A stretch of 64,000 nucleotides of DNA, taken from Mobula hypostoma (Eukaryota). The DNA is taken from positions 175,400,001 to 175,464,000 of the forward strand of contig NC_086097.1 in assembly GCF_963921235.1 (NCBI RefSeq), given 5' to 3'. Position 1 is the first letter of the stretch; each line of letters starts with the position of its first letter. Positions 1 through 12,681 of this stretch are shown here, piece after piece. A program made the position numbers and the translations under genes. Below the pieces are notes generated by a model that did no database searches, was not told where the DNA came from, and saw nothing but the letters and a program-made list of their open reading frames with translations.

Positions 1-1260
1 CCTCGGATCAGAGCAGAAGACAGTGACGTCGTCCATGTACAGGGAGGTTTTCACTTGGGTCCCTCCACTGCCTGGCAGCGCCACCCCTCTTATGCCCTCA
101 TCCCTCCTGATGGCTTCCGCAAAGGGTTCTATGCAGCAGACAAACAAAACAGGGGAGAGGGGACAGCCCTGCCTGACTCCAGACCTGATGGGGGAGCTGT
201 CTGTTTCCCACCCGTTGACCTGGACTGCACTATGGATGTCTGTGTAGAGCAGTCTAATCCAATTCCGGATTCCCTCCCCAGATCCCATTTTGGAGAGCAC
301 GTCCGCCATGTACGTGTGCGATATCCTGTCGAAGGCTTTCTCCTGGTCCAAGCGGACCAGGCAGGCGTCCACCCCCCTGTCCTGCACGTAGGTGATGGTG
401 TCCTTCAGCAGCGCGAGGCTGTCTGAGATCTTCCTGCCCGGTACAGCACAGGTTTGGTCTGGGTGAATCACCTGTCCTAGAGCAGACTTGACCCTGTTGG
501 CAATAGCCTTGGACAGGATCTTGTAATCCACATTCAGGAGAGAGATGGATCTCCAATTTCCAATGTCCTCCCTTTCCCCCTTCTGCTTGTAGATGAGGGT
601 GATGATGCCTTTCCTCACGGACTCTGACATACTGCCGGCCAGAAGCGTAGCGTTGTATACTTCCAGCAGGTCTGGGCCCATCCAGTTCCACAGAGCCGAG
701 TACAACTCAGCCGGTAAGCCGTCGCTTCCGGGAGTCTTACCCGACCCAGAGGAATGGATGGAGCCTGTCAGCTCGTCCAGGGTCAGTGGCTGATCCAGAC
801 TCTCCCGCTTGCCGTCGTCTAAGACCTGCGTGATAGACGACAGGAAGTTGCGGGAGGCTGTGGATTCTGTGGCCTTTTCGTCGTACAGACCGGCATAGAA
901 GGACTTGCAGATCCTCAGTATGTCGGTCTGCGAGGACGCGACTGAGCCGTCCTCTTCCTTAAGGTTGTGGATCACAGAGCTCCCCCTGTGCACCTTTTGG
1001 AAGAAGAAGTGTGAGCACGTCTCGTCCTGCTCCACGGTTTGGACCCTTGATCGGAAGATGATCTTGGAGGATTCGGCGGTGAGGTGCTGGGCTTGCCGGC
1101 TCTTCACCTCTCGCAATTCCTCCCTGACATCCACCCCCTTCGACTGCAGAAGGAGAAGTTGCTGCAACTCTGTCTGGAGTTTACGCAGTTCACTCTGCTC
1201 CTGCCTTGCTTTCTGGATACCCTTGTGGATGAAGAACCTCTTAATGTTCTCCTGAACCAG
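1..1260 (-). mobile_element. Tx1/L1-clade LINE ORF2 (reverse transcriptase), 5'-truncated, runs off the window
   Basis: A single stop-free minus frame from 1260 to 1 with KTPGSDGLPAELY, NWRSISLLNVDYKIL, DQEKAFD, GVRQGCPLSP and LYMDD motifs. Confidence 0.92.
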
Positions 1261-2360
1261 GAAAGGCCAGCTTTAAGGAGATTCTACTCAAATAGGACAG
1301 CAGAAATGCCCTGCCTCGGAACTCCCTCCTCCCAATTACTTTATGTGCACCTACATATCGAATAGCTACCTTATCATTCCTAATGGCGATCTACAAGACG
1401 CTAAGCAGAGAAATTGCCCAGAAATTTGAATATCAGTTTTTTAAAAAAATGCAGCTTTGTTCGTATGCTTATTGTTCTTTCCCTGCTGGCCAATCACATT
1501 CCTTGTCTTCACCCTTTCATTCTCTGGTAGGTAAAAACCTCTCTCTTTCCAGTGCCACCAGCAGGGTAAATGTATCGGGCTCACAGGCCTCTCATTAATG
1601 TACAGGAAGGGGCTAGGATGGGTCTCTGTTTGAATGACTGCAAGGATCTCTCCCTGCTGGCAACCTCTTCTGAATCACTGAATCACTGGCCTGACTGCTG
1701 AAAGGGCCCAGCTCATTTGTATTAACTCTCCATTCAGGTTGGGGGTGACTGCCTTCAGATGCCGTGTGTGATCTTTCTCAATCTGCCATGCCATCGAAGT
1801 TGTGAAACCTACTGCCTCAGCTTTAACTTAAATTCCTCCCCATCTATTTTCCCCAATATATTTTCTATTCTATGCTGTTGAACTAATCATCTACCTTCAC
1901 CAAACAGCCTTCATTACGGAGTACCGGTACCATCACACTTCACCACGCTATTCACGGCTTTCTGTCACGCTTCTGGTGTCTTCTGCCTTTGCATTTCCTG
2001 CAGGTATGCTTTCATCAACTGTGGACAATTTTGGTGTGGCCGGCTGGTGTTAATCTCTTAAATTCTCTGTAATTACACAGTTCTTGGGTATACTTGATCT
2101 CCCGCTTTCTCTGTGGGAGCAACAAGAAGGTGAGTCGTACAGCTTAACCTGCGTCCAGTGTTTCTACTGGCTGCCTCGCTGAGTCTGCACACAGACACAA
2201 GTGTCATCTGTTAAAAGTACAATCTTTGGTCCTATCTATCTGGGAGCAAACCCTGCCTTCTCAAAGAGCACCCTCACCATAACTATGGTCACCAGCTATG
2301 GGAGGACTATCTCCTTTCCCTCCAGCTCTCTCTGATCAGCAATGTTCTGCTACTGTTTGC

Positions 2361-3800
2361 TCAGTCCTTCGCATCTCCATGTAATCCTACTAAATTAGCA
2401 TTTGTAGTTACTTCCTGTACACTTGTAATTCCTGTTGCTACTTGTACTTCCGCTGCCCTCCTCGCACTGATGTCTGTCCACTCGGTCCCTTTCTGCTCCT
2501 TACTATCCCCTTTCTGATGAGCCTTTACTTTAATCACTGCTCCCTCCTCAGGCAGCTGCACGACTTCCAACAGCTCCTGGCTGTGCTTGGCCCCTCTCCT
2601 GACATGATTCCCACACATTGCCCTGTCTCCCCTCCCTGCTTGGCGCTGCTGTCTCTCTGTTAGCCATGTTAGATGCTTTGTGCATCACAGATGTTTGCCA
2701 TCCCTGTCTTGCCCATTCTATTTCTCCTTTTCCTGAGTCTATGATAGTACCTGCCTTACTCAGTGTGTTTATCTCCAGGATAGTACCTTCATTGTCTGGG
2801 CACACCCAGAAACCTACAGGAAGTTGCACTCCCTCAATCTCAAGTACCTGGGGCAGACTTCTCTCCACCCTCAGTGTTTCACCTCCTTCACTGGTAATGT
2901 CAATCGGCTCTCCAGTCATGATCAGTACTGACGATTCTGTGTCCACTAACATTTCACATTGCTGGTCCCCTAATAAGCCTCTTGTGTACATCTGTGGATG
3001 ACCACCACTGGAAACAGAGGCTGCTGTCAACTGCTTGTCTGACCTCACTGGCTCCATAATCTGGTCAACAGCCAAATCAGAAAGAAAGGGTGTTGCTGTG
3101 GATTCTACCTGCTTTGGTGAACGATTCTCTTTTTAGACACTGCTTCAACAATGGCCCAAGAAGCCACAGCAGTAACAAATTCACTACGGCTACTTTCTAA
3201 CTTCTCTTGCCCTTCCTTTAGTCTATCTTACTGGCCATGAAACTTGCAGAGCAGGTCATTCCCATGACTACCCCCAAATCTAAAACTTTATGGTGAGCTG
3301 AGCTCGGGCCTTACTTCAGCATTTTCAGGAAGACTGGGTCATCCCTCCCTGGATTATCCAACCCTCAATACTCTTCTGAAGCTCGATATTTGCGTTCTTC
3401 ACAATCCATGGCTGGCTCATCAGCTCTTTGAATCACTGCTATTATCACTCCCCAGTTACTCTCACTTCCCCCACAGTCGCTGCCTTGCTTCCCTGTGAAA
3501 AAGGTGATATCTCTTCATTGCTGGCATTCCCAGTAGTTGCTCATGTCCCATCCTGCACCCCCTGGGCCATACTGTCCCACATATTCTTTGGGCACTCGGC
3601 CTTTACCAACATGTGTACTCCTTAGGATGCACCTGGTGAATTTCAACCATTTCTCTGAGCTTGTGCCAGAATTCTGAAATCTCACATGCGACTTTAAGTG
3701 AGGGCAATTCTGACAAAATGCTCTGCTTCTCTCTGGGGTGAAGGGTTTATGAATGTTTGTAATCAGAGTCAATGGCTGGCTTGGATCATCAGGGGTTTTG
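2361..3800 (-). mobile_element. Degenerate endogenous retrovirus/LTR element fragment (gag, protease, RNase H)
   Basis: Capsid-like HKPFTPE (about 3740), decayed zinc knuckle CYCCGFLGH (about 3150-3180), aspartic protease MLVDT(E)SS, retroviral RNase H C-terminus AVIKVKAHQKG...ARRAA; boundaries approximate. Confidence 0.65.
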
Positions 3801-4385
3801 ATCTGATGTTGCCTGACCTCAATAGCTGCTATCCTGACAGATAAATCTTGGTAAAAACTCTCCCTGAAATATCTTCACACTAATCCCCACACTATGCAGA
3901 GAATAAATGATGGATTCAAGTTAAACAGTACATACTTAAAAATGACAGAGTATATACTCCACAATCTGCCACTTATGTTTGTATAAATTCATGATGCCTG
4001 CTGTATTCCTTTGCCTCTGTTACAACAAGGCACACACACTCACAAGTGCATATGCTGAAATATAGTCCCCGAACGAGTATACATGCCCAGTAACTTGAGC
4101 ATGCAAGAACAGCTGATCAGGAAGTTACCGTGAGTCACCAGTATTATAATTAGATGAATTTTATTAAATGTTGAAGAAATTATTTACCAAATCTACAACA
4201 CTTTTGGAATTGAAACCTAAATCCATAAAGACAATCATCAAGAGGGATTAGTTATTCAAAATCGGACAATTTTTTTGCCTAGTTATACCCAAAATGGTTA
4301 TTGCAAAGTCTTTACACGTGGAGAGGAAATTGATCAGCAGTCTGTGTTTTGAATTATATAACGACACTGTTAGAAGCCTGTAGAG

Positions 4386-5230
4386 CAGGGATGGTCAACC
4401 TATGGTGTATTGGATGATTAGAAGTGGCACATTGCACCCCAGTGATAATAATAAAAAAGTAAGCCTACTCATGCAAGAAGTATTAACCAAAAACCAAGTT
4501 GTAGAAGAAAAAATCTATAACAGGAATTCAAGTAGCTTTACTGAGAATAAATCTAAAACTTAGCAATTATTTTTAGCGATTTTATTATTTCGTGCACATC
4601 TTTTGGCGAATGCTAACTTCTTTCACATTAATCTGTTTTCAATTTTTAAAAGATGTTCAATGAGTCAAGCTAGGAAAGAAGGACTTTTGTTCTGCAGTCG
4701 TTCCATAACTGTTCAATACACGTTTGATCCTGAGACGCCAGGTGTCTGCACCAGCGGTGCATCACAGGTTTTTGCCAGTCAGTTTACGATTGACACTCGT
4801 GTGCTATGGAGTTGTGCCTTGTTCGCACTTTGTGAACATTTGCAGTTTGGTACTTTTTTGAAAATTAAGCCTTATTTTTACATTTAGTTACCCATCACAG
4901 TGCAAAAGAAAATGAGCAAAAGAAAAGCAGAAAGTGATAGTAGCGTGAATTCAATGAACAGTGGGAAAATGAGTTATTATTTATAGCGGGTCCGTCAGGC
5001 AAACCGTTGTGCATTGTTTGTGAAAACCCTTTCTCACATAATAGAAGACATGATCTTAATAGACACTATAAAACACAAAATCAGACTGAAATAGAAAGAA
5101 AACTGAAGCTAGTGCTTGGGTCTAAGTCATGGAAAGAATATGTGATTAAGAAAAGGGAAGAAATCAAAAGAAGACAAAATATGTTTGTTGAAAGTCTCAT
5201 TAAAGAAAGTAAAAGTCTGGCCACCCCCCT
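4386..5230 (+). mobile_element. Internally deleted hAT (Charlie/SPIN-like) DNA transposon
   Basis: Termini cagggatggtcaacc / gtctggccacccc; ctgtagag at both ends (4378-4385, 5229-5236); transposase N-terminus GKPLCIVCEN...DLNRHYKTQ. Confidence 0.75.
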
Positions 5231-5310
5231 GTAGAGATTGGATGGTATATAGCAGTGATCTTGGGATGGAAGATTCTTTTTCCAGGTGACCTATCTCACA
5301 CTGGAAGCGA

Positions 5311-5394
5311 TTACTGATCTTGAATTCTAAAGACGTCCTGAAATGAATTCAATATGGCACCTTGCAACATGGTTTCCTCATCTTGACTGTAGTC
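5311..5394 (-). CDS. RNF125: RNF125-like E3 ligase, last coding exon (UIM)
   Basis: Acceptor ctctctcctttcatttcag; DYSQDEETMLQGAILNSFQDVFRIQDQ* is a ubiquitin-interacting motif; TAA at 5313-5311; the spliced CDS is 708 nt and in frame. Confidence 0.92.
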   Translation of the reverse strand, partial: DYSQDEETMLQGAILNSFQDVFRIQDQ

Positions 5395-5939
5395 CTGAAA
5401 TGAAAGGAGAGAGTTCAGTTTTGCAAATAAAATGTCGCTACTAAAACTACTTTACTAAACCTCCTGTGCTACTTCCTAATTCGCATCGGTGTTAATTTTC
5501 CTGAATTCCTTAACGCTTTGCCAAATTCCACCAGGATGCCAAGGTGTTACATCTTAGAGATAGAGTCTTAACTGGGATGACTCAAGGGTGAGGAATAGGA
5601 GGATCTTGGTTGTCATGTCCATGAAGCCCTGAAGGTGGCAGCATAGAACAGCACAAGATGAACAGCACATTAGTTGGGGTGATCCTGTCTGAACAATTTG
5701 GTTGAGAGGCAACAAAATGGCCATTGTGGTTACGCAGAGTAGAACATAGGAGCACATTAGTTAGGCCACAGTAGAGCACTGTGTGCAGTTCTGGTCACCA
5801 TATTATAGGAAACTCAGGAAAGAGTGCAAAGGAGATTCATCAGAATATTGCCGGTGATGGGACAATACATCTATGAAGAAAGAGTGAATAAATTGTTAAA
5901 TCGGTTTATTGATGTCAGAGTTATAGAAAACTACAGAAT

Positions 5940-8900
5940 GGAAATAAGTCATTTCAACCCATCTAGTCCATGCCGAACCTTTTAAACTGCCTAGTCCCAT
6001 CGACCTGAGCCCGGACCAGAGCCTCCATACATCTCCCATCCATGCACCTACCCAAACTTCTCATAAATGTTGAAATCAAATTCATATCCACCACGTGTGC
6101 TGGCCACTCGTACCACACTCTCACCACCCCCTGACTAAAGAAGTCTCCCCTCATGTTCCCCTTGAACATTTCATCTTTCACGCTTAACCCATGACCTCTA
6201 GTTGCAGCCTAACTTAACCTCAGTAGAAAGAGCCTGCTTGCAATTACCCCACTTATTCCACTCAGAAGTTTGTATACTTCTATCAAACTCCCCCTCAATC
6301 TTCTACATTCTAGGAAATAAAAGTTCTAACCTATTCAATCTTTCCTTATAATTTAAGTCCTCCAGTCCTAGCAACATCCTTGCAAATTTTCTCTGTACTC
6401 TTTCAAACTTATTTACATCTTTCCTGTAGGTAGGCAACCAAAACTGCACACAATACTCCAAATTAGGCCTCACCCACATTTTGTACAACTTCAACATAAC
6501 ATCCCAACTCCTGTACTCAATACTTTGTTCTATGAAGGCCAATGTGCTTTCTTTACAACCCTATCTACCTGTGACACCACTTTCAATGAATTGTGGACCT
6601 GTATTCCCAGAATCCTTTGGTTGTACCACACCTCCGCTCATTGTGTAAGACCCACTTTGGTTTGTCCTCCCAAAGTGCAACACCTCACACTTGTCTGCAT
6701 TAAATTCCATCTGCCATTTTTCAGCCTATTTTTCAAACTGGTTTAGATCCCACAGCAAGCTTTGAAAGTCTTCCTTGCTGTCCACTACACTGCAAGTCTT
6801 TGTGTGATCCGCAAATTTGCTGATCCAGTTAACCACATTATCATCCAGATTGTTGGTATAGATGACAAACAACAACAGACCCAGCACCAATCCGTGCAGC
6901 ACTCCACTAGTCACAGGCCTCCAGTCAGAGAGGCAGCCCTCCACTATCACTCTCTGTCTTTTCCCATAAAGCCAATGTCTAATCTAATTTACTACCTCAT
7001 CTTGAATGCTAAGTGACTGAATCTTCTTGACCAACCTCACATGTGGGATATTATCAAATGCCTTGCTGAGGTCCAAGTAGACAACATCCACTGCCTTGTC
7101 TTCATCAACTTTCCTGGTAATTTCCTCAAAGGTTGGTTAGACACAACCTACCACACACAAAACCATGCTGACTATCCCTAATCAGTCCCTGTCTATCCAA
7201 ATACTTATATATCCAGTCCCTTAGAATACTTTCCAATAGCTTTCCCCTACTGATGTCAGGCTCTCTGGCCTATAATTTCCTAGCTTATTCTTAAAGCCTT
7301 TGTTAAACAGTGGAACATTAGCTATTCTCCAATCCTCCAGTGCCTCACCTGACGCAAAGGATGATTTAAATACTCTGCTAGCACCCCTGCAATTTCTGCA
7401 CTTGCCTCCCACAGCGTCCATGGAAACACCTTGTCAGGCCCTGGGAATTTATCCACCCTAATCTGCTGCAAAGCAGCAAACACCTCCTCCTCTGTAATCT
7501 GTATAGGGTCCAGGAACTTCCTGCTGCTTCACCTCACTTCTATAGACTCTGTGCCTGTCTCCTGGGTAAATACAGATGCAAAAATCGCTATTTAAATCTC
7601 CCCCATCTCTTTTGGCTCCACACATAGGTTGCCATTCTGATCTTCATGAGGACCAATTATGTCCCTTACAATGCAGAAGCCCTTAGGATTCTTCTTCACC
7701 TTGTCCGCTAGAGCAACCTCATGCCTTCTTTAGCCCTCCTGATTTCCTCCTGAAGTGGTCTCTTGCATCTTTTATACTCCATAAGCACCTCATTTGTTCC
7801 TCCCTGCCTATACCTGCTATGCACCTCCTTTTTTTCCTTAACCAGGGCCTCAATGCCTCAATACCTCTTGAAAACCAAGGTTCCCTACATTGTTATATTT
7901 TTTTTATTCTGGCAGGCTTTGTATTCTCAAAATTTCACTTCCGAAGGCCTCCCACTTACAAAGTACACCTCTGCCAGAAAACAGCCTGTCCCCATCCACA
8001 CTTGCCAGATACTTTCACATACCATCAAAATTGACCTGTCTCCAATTTAAAATCTCAACCTGAGGACCAAACCTATCCTTTTCCATAATTATCTTGAAAC
8101 TAATAGCATTATGATCACTAAATGCAAAGTACATAAACTTTAGTCACCTGCCATGCACCTCCTTTTATTTTCTTAGTGGGGTCTCAATATCTCTTGAAAA
8201 CCAAGGTTCCCACGCTCTCTAGTTTGAACTTCCATGACATGTTTAAAGAAACTTTACTGAACACATTTAACAAACTCTATCCCATCTAGTCCATTTACGG
8301 TATGGGAGTTCCAGTCAATATGTGGAAGCTAAAGTCACCTACTGTAACAACCTTATGTTTCTGGCAACAGTCTGCAATCTCGACACAAATTTATTCCTCT
8401 AAATCCTATGGACTGTTGGGTAGTCTATAACACTGTCGCATTAATTTGGCCATCCCCTTCTTATTCCACGGATCTACCAATAAAGCTTCATTAGACAATT
8501 TCTCCAGTCTAGCCTGAAGGAGCACAGCCATGACATTTTCCTGACTAGTACGCCACCCCTCCTCTTTTAACCTCTCCTAATCTATCATGTCCAAAGCAAT
8601 GGAACCCCAGAATATTGAGCTGCCAGTCCTGCCCCTCCTGCGACCAAGTATCACTAATGGTTACAATATCATAATTCCGTGCATTAATCCATAACCTGAT
8701 CTCACCTGCCTTTCCTACAATACTTCTTACATTGAAATACATGCAACTCAGAACATTAATCTCACCATATTCAACCTTTGACACATGAATTTGTCTGAGG
8801 TCTTAACGACATCTGTCTCCACAACCTCTCCACTGTCTGTCTGGCACTTTGGTTCCCATCCACCTGTAATTCTGGTTTGACCCCCCCCCCCCGCCCGCTC

Positions 8901-8975
8901 CCATGAAGTACTAGCAAACTTTCCCCCAATGATATTAGTTCTGATCCAGTTTAGGTGCACCCATCTCTTCTGTAG
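5940..8975 (-). mobile_element. CR1 LINE, decayed ORF2 (ORF1-side remnant resumes at about 9957-10095)
   Basis: Fragments VRPNLEYCVQFW, ISKFADHTK, WRPVTSGV, NYRPESLTSV and endonuclease YFNVRSI; many stops and frameshifts. Confidence 0.88.
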
Positions 8976-9956
8976 AAATCCCAGCTTCCATTGTTCACCG
9001 ATTAAAGTGACGAGAGAGATTGAAACATTGAGGCGAATGCAGAGGGTGAGCGCCGGCTGCCTGGCTTTTGATCACTGGTGGGATGGCTCTGCTGCCGGAG
9101 AGGGGAGACTGCCTTTTGATCACCGGTGGGATGGCTCTGCTGCCGGAGAGGGGAGACTGCCTTTTGATCACCGGTGGGATGGCTCTGCTGCCGGAGAGGA
9201 GAGACTGTCTTTTGATCACCGGTGGGATGGCTCTGCTGCCGGAGAGGGGAGACTGCCTTTTGATCACTGGTGGGATCGCTCTGCTGCCGGAGAGGGGAGA
9301 CTGCCTTTTGATCACTGGTGGGATGGCTCTGCTGCCGGAGAGGGGAGACTGCCTTTTGATCACTGGTGGGATGGCTCTGCTGCCGGAGAGGGGAGACTGC
9401 CTTTTGATCACTGGTGGGATGGCTCTGCTGCCGGAGAGGGGAGACTGCCTTTTGATCACTGGTGGGATGGCTCTGCTGCCGGAAAGGGGAGACTGCCTTT
9501 TGATCACTGGTGGGATGGCTCTGCTGCCGGAGAGGGGAGACTGCCTTTTGATCACTGGTGGGATGGCTCTGCTGCCGGAGAGGGGAGACTGCCTTTTGAT
9601 CACTGGTGGGATCGCTCTGCTGCCGGAGAGGGGAGAGGCTGCTGCTGTGCACGGAGAATGTTACCCATGTTTTCTGCATTTTGGATATGGATATAAATAT
9701 GGACTTGGACTTTAGACTATGGACTTTTTTTTTGCAGTCTTAGTTTTTCTATGTTCTGTGTTTTTCATCTGATCTTTCTCATTTTATTGTGTGTAGGGGA
9801 GGGGTATGAGGGGTTGTTCTGTTCTTGTTCATTTTTTGGGGGGAGGGGGGATTTGGGAGTTAATGATCGTGCTGGTGTTATTTTCTTTCTTGGTTTCATG
9901 GCTATCTGGAGAAGAAGAATTTCAGAGTTGTATACTTTGTAATAAATGAACCTTTG
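8975..9956 (+). mobile_element. Non-autonomous retroposon carrying the VNTR, inserted in CR1
   Basis: Interrupts CR1 sequence; T-rich 3' part ending aataaatgaacctttg, similar to element tails at about 32410 and 37020. Confidence 0.5.
9066..9637. repeat. 48-bp minisatellite, about 12 copies
   Basis: Unit cttttgatcactggtgggatggctctgctgccggagaggggagactgc with only scattered substitutions between units. Confidence 0.97.
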
Positions 9957-10276
9957 CACCTCTGAAGAGAGCCCAATGATTAAAAAAATCTAAAGCCCTT
10001 GCTCCTACACCAACTCCTTAGCTGCAGGTTAAACTGTATGATATTGCTATTTCTGGCCTCACTAGCACATGGCATGGGTAACAATCCTGTGAGGTCCTGG
10101 GTTGAACTGAGGTAAGGTGAGAAGGTCAAACATACAGATCACTTTATTTCAACAGTGCTTTGAGGTAGTACAAGGTAAAACAGTAAGAGAAAGCAGAATA
10201 AGGTGCCTGTCACCCCATGGTTCTTCCTCCCTTCTCCTCCACAACTTTCTTTCTCTGGCTCCTCATCTTTTTTTCC

Positions 10277-10314
10277 CAGTCCTGATGAAGGGTCTCGGGC
10301 CGAAGCGTCGACTG
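10277..10314 (+). ncRNA. Hammerhead motif, degenerate (GAAA changed to GAAG)
   Basis: cagtc ctgatga agggtctcgggcc gaagc gtc gactg in a PLE tail fragment. Confidence 0.55.
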
Positions 10315-10907
10315 TACTCTTTTCACTAGATGCTGCCTGGCCTGCCGAGTTCCTCCAGCATTTTGTGTGTGTTGCAGAATAAGGTGTTACAGTTACAGAG
10401 GAAGTTCAGAGCAGGCAGCAATAAGGTGCAAGGGCCTTAGTGAGGTCGCTTGTGAGGGTAAGTGTCCACCTTTTTGTACTAGGGAGCCATTCATTCACCT
10501 TATAACAGCAGGACAGAAGCTATCCTTGAGTCTGTGGTATGTGCTTTCAGGCTTCTGTATTGTCTGCCCAGTGGAAGAGAGGAGAAGAGACAATGTCTGC
10601 GTTTGTTTTCCTTGAATCAAGGAGATGGAGGGGGGAGCTGACTAAAAGGGGGAAATAGGGTAGATGCTGAAATACTTTTCCTCTTAATAGGAATGCCGAT
10701 GACTAGATTGCATAGGTTTAAGGCAAAGGTTTGCATGGGATTAGAGGATTATTTTTTTCTCTCTCAGATGGTTGAAGCCTAAAAGTCATGACCTGAGGAG
10801 GTGAAAGCAGAGACTCTCAGTGTTTGAGGAGTATGTTGATAAGCACTTGAAACACCCTGCATAGAGAGCTACAGCTCAGTAATGGGAAATAGGATTGGAA
10901 TAGATCT

Positions 10908-12175
10908 CAAACACAAGGAATTCTGCAGATGCTGGAAATTCAAGCAACACATATCAAAGTTGCTGGTGAACGCAGCAGGCCAGGCAGCATCTCGAGGAAG
11001 AGGTACAGTCGACGTTTCGGGCCGAGACCCTTCGTCAGGACTAACTGAAAGAAGAGCTAGTAAGAGATTTGAAAGTGGGAGGGGGAGGGGGAGGGGGAGA
11101 TCCAAAATGATAGGAGAAGTCAGGAGGGGGAGGGATGGAGCCAAGAGCTGGACAGGTGATTGGCAAAAGGGATATGAGAGGATCATGGGACAGGAGGCTT
11201 AGGGAGAAAGAAAGGGGGAGGGGGGGAAGCCCAGAGGATGGGCAAGGGGTATAGTGAGGGGGACAGAGGGAGAAAAAGGAGAGAGAGAGAAAGAATGTGT
11301 GTATATACTTAAATAACGGATGGGGTATGAGGGGGAGACGGGGCATTAGCAGAAGTTAGAGAAATCAATGTTCATGCCATTAGGTTGGAGGCTACCCAGA
11401 CGGAATATAAGGTGTTGTTCCTCCAACCTGAGTGTGGCTTCATCTTTACAGTAGAGGAGGCCGTGGATAGACATGTCAGAATGGGAATGGGATGTGGAAT
11501 TAAAACGTGTGGCCACTGGGAGATCCTGCTTTCTCTGGAGGACAGAGCATAGGTGTTCAGCAAAACGGTCTCCCAGTCTGCGTCGGATCTCGCCAATATA
11601 TAGAAGGCCACATCGGGAGCACCGGACGCAGTATATCACCCCAGCCGACTCACAGGTGAAGTGTCGCCTCACCTGGAAGGACTGTCTGGGGCCCTGAATG
11701 GTGGTAAGGGAGGAAGTGTAAGGGCATGTGTAGCACTTGTTCCGCTTACAAGGATAAGTGCCAGGAGGGAGATCAGTGGGGAGGGATGGGGGGGACAAAT
11801 GGACAAGGGAGTCGCGTAGGGAGCGATTCCTGCGGAAAGCGGTGGTGGGGGGGGAGGGAAAGATGTGGCATAGGGAGCGATCCCTGCAGAATCTGCTCTC
11901 AGGATGAGGCTTTTCATTCCAGGACGAGGGAGACGTCCTCCTTTTTTAAAGAAAGGGCTTCCCTTCCTCCACCATCAACTCTGCTCTCAAACGCATCTCC
12001 CCCATTTCATGCACATGCTCTCATTCCATCCTCCTGCCACCCCACTAGGGATAGGGTTCCCCTGGTCCTCACCTACCACCCCACCAGCCTCCGGGTCCAA
12101 CATATTATTCTCCGTAACTTCCGCCACTTCCAACGGGATCCCACCGCTAAGCACATCTTTCCCTCCCCCCCTCTT
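10908..12175 (-). mobile_element. Penelope-like element (GIY-YIG endonuclease, 3' terminus, inverted 5' segment)
   Basis: ORF 11346-11798 with CKRNKCYTC and GVIYCVRCSRCGLLYIGE..; 11880-12175 is upstream PLE coding sequence in the opposite orientation (RDRVPLVLTYHP). Confidence 0.9.
11006..11043 (-). ncRNA. Minimal type-I hammerhead ribozyme motif (PLE terminus)
   Basis: Minus strand UAGUC CUGACGA A GGGU-CUCG-GCCC GAAAC GUC GACUG: complete core, stem I, stem II and palindromic ACGU stem III. Confidence 0.8.
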
Positions 12176-12573
12176 GAATTCTTGAAAGATCATTACTAAT
12201 GCCTCCACAATCTCTTCAGTCACCTCTTTCAGAACCCTGGGGTGTACATCCTGTCATTAACCCTGTACTCTGCCTTTAAAATGAACCTTCCAAAGTGGGT
12301 CACTTCACACTTTTCTGGATGGACTGCCAGATCAAAGAACTTCAACCTGTAATTGCCAGTCCTTCATCGACACTGGGTCTAATCTAATTTGCCTCAGTCC
12401 TTCACACCTCCACTAGAGGTTCTGCAACAGTTCACAAAGGCAGAACGTCCCCCCTCTCCCCACCTTTAAAGGGGCAAATAGGGACAGGTGAAAATGCTGG
12501 CTTTCCTAGTAATGAACGTATCTTGAGTACATTTTTAAACTTTCTACTGGATACAATATGGAAGCATACTTAC

Positions 12574-12681
12574 CACAAAGAAATCATAACTGAACTGGTG
12601 TCGTAGCAAAAGGTGCTGAATGAAGTTCCTGCTCTGGTAATTTGGATCTCCCCAGGGCATCGACACACAGATGGGACAGAC
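12574..12681 (-). CDS. RNF125: RNF125-like E3 ligase, coding exon 5
   Basis: Acceptor cccttcctctgcag; 108 nt; [36 protein letters not shown] is the family-diagnostic second C2H2 finger; donor GTG|GTAAGT. Confidence 0.95.

Noticed and set aside
9066..9637. CRISPR-like array or repeat-protein gene (ORFs of 202-255 aa)
   Set aside because: Head-to-tail 48-bp units with no unique spacers and no cas genes in a vertebrate context; the ORFs are a by-product of a stop-free unit divisible by three.
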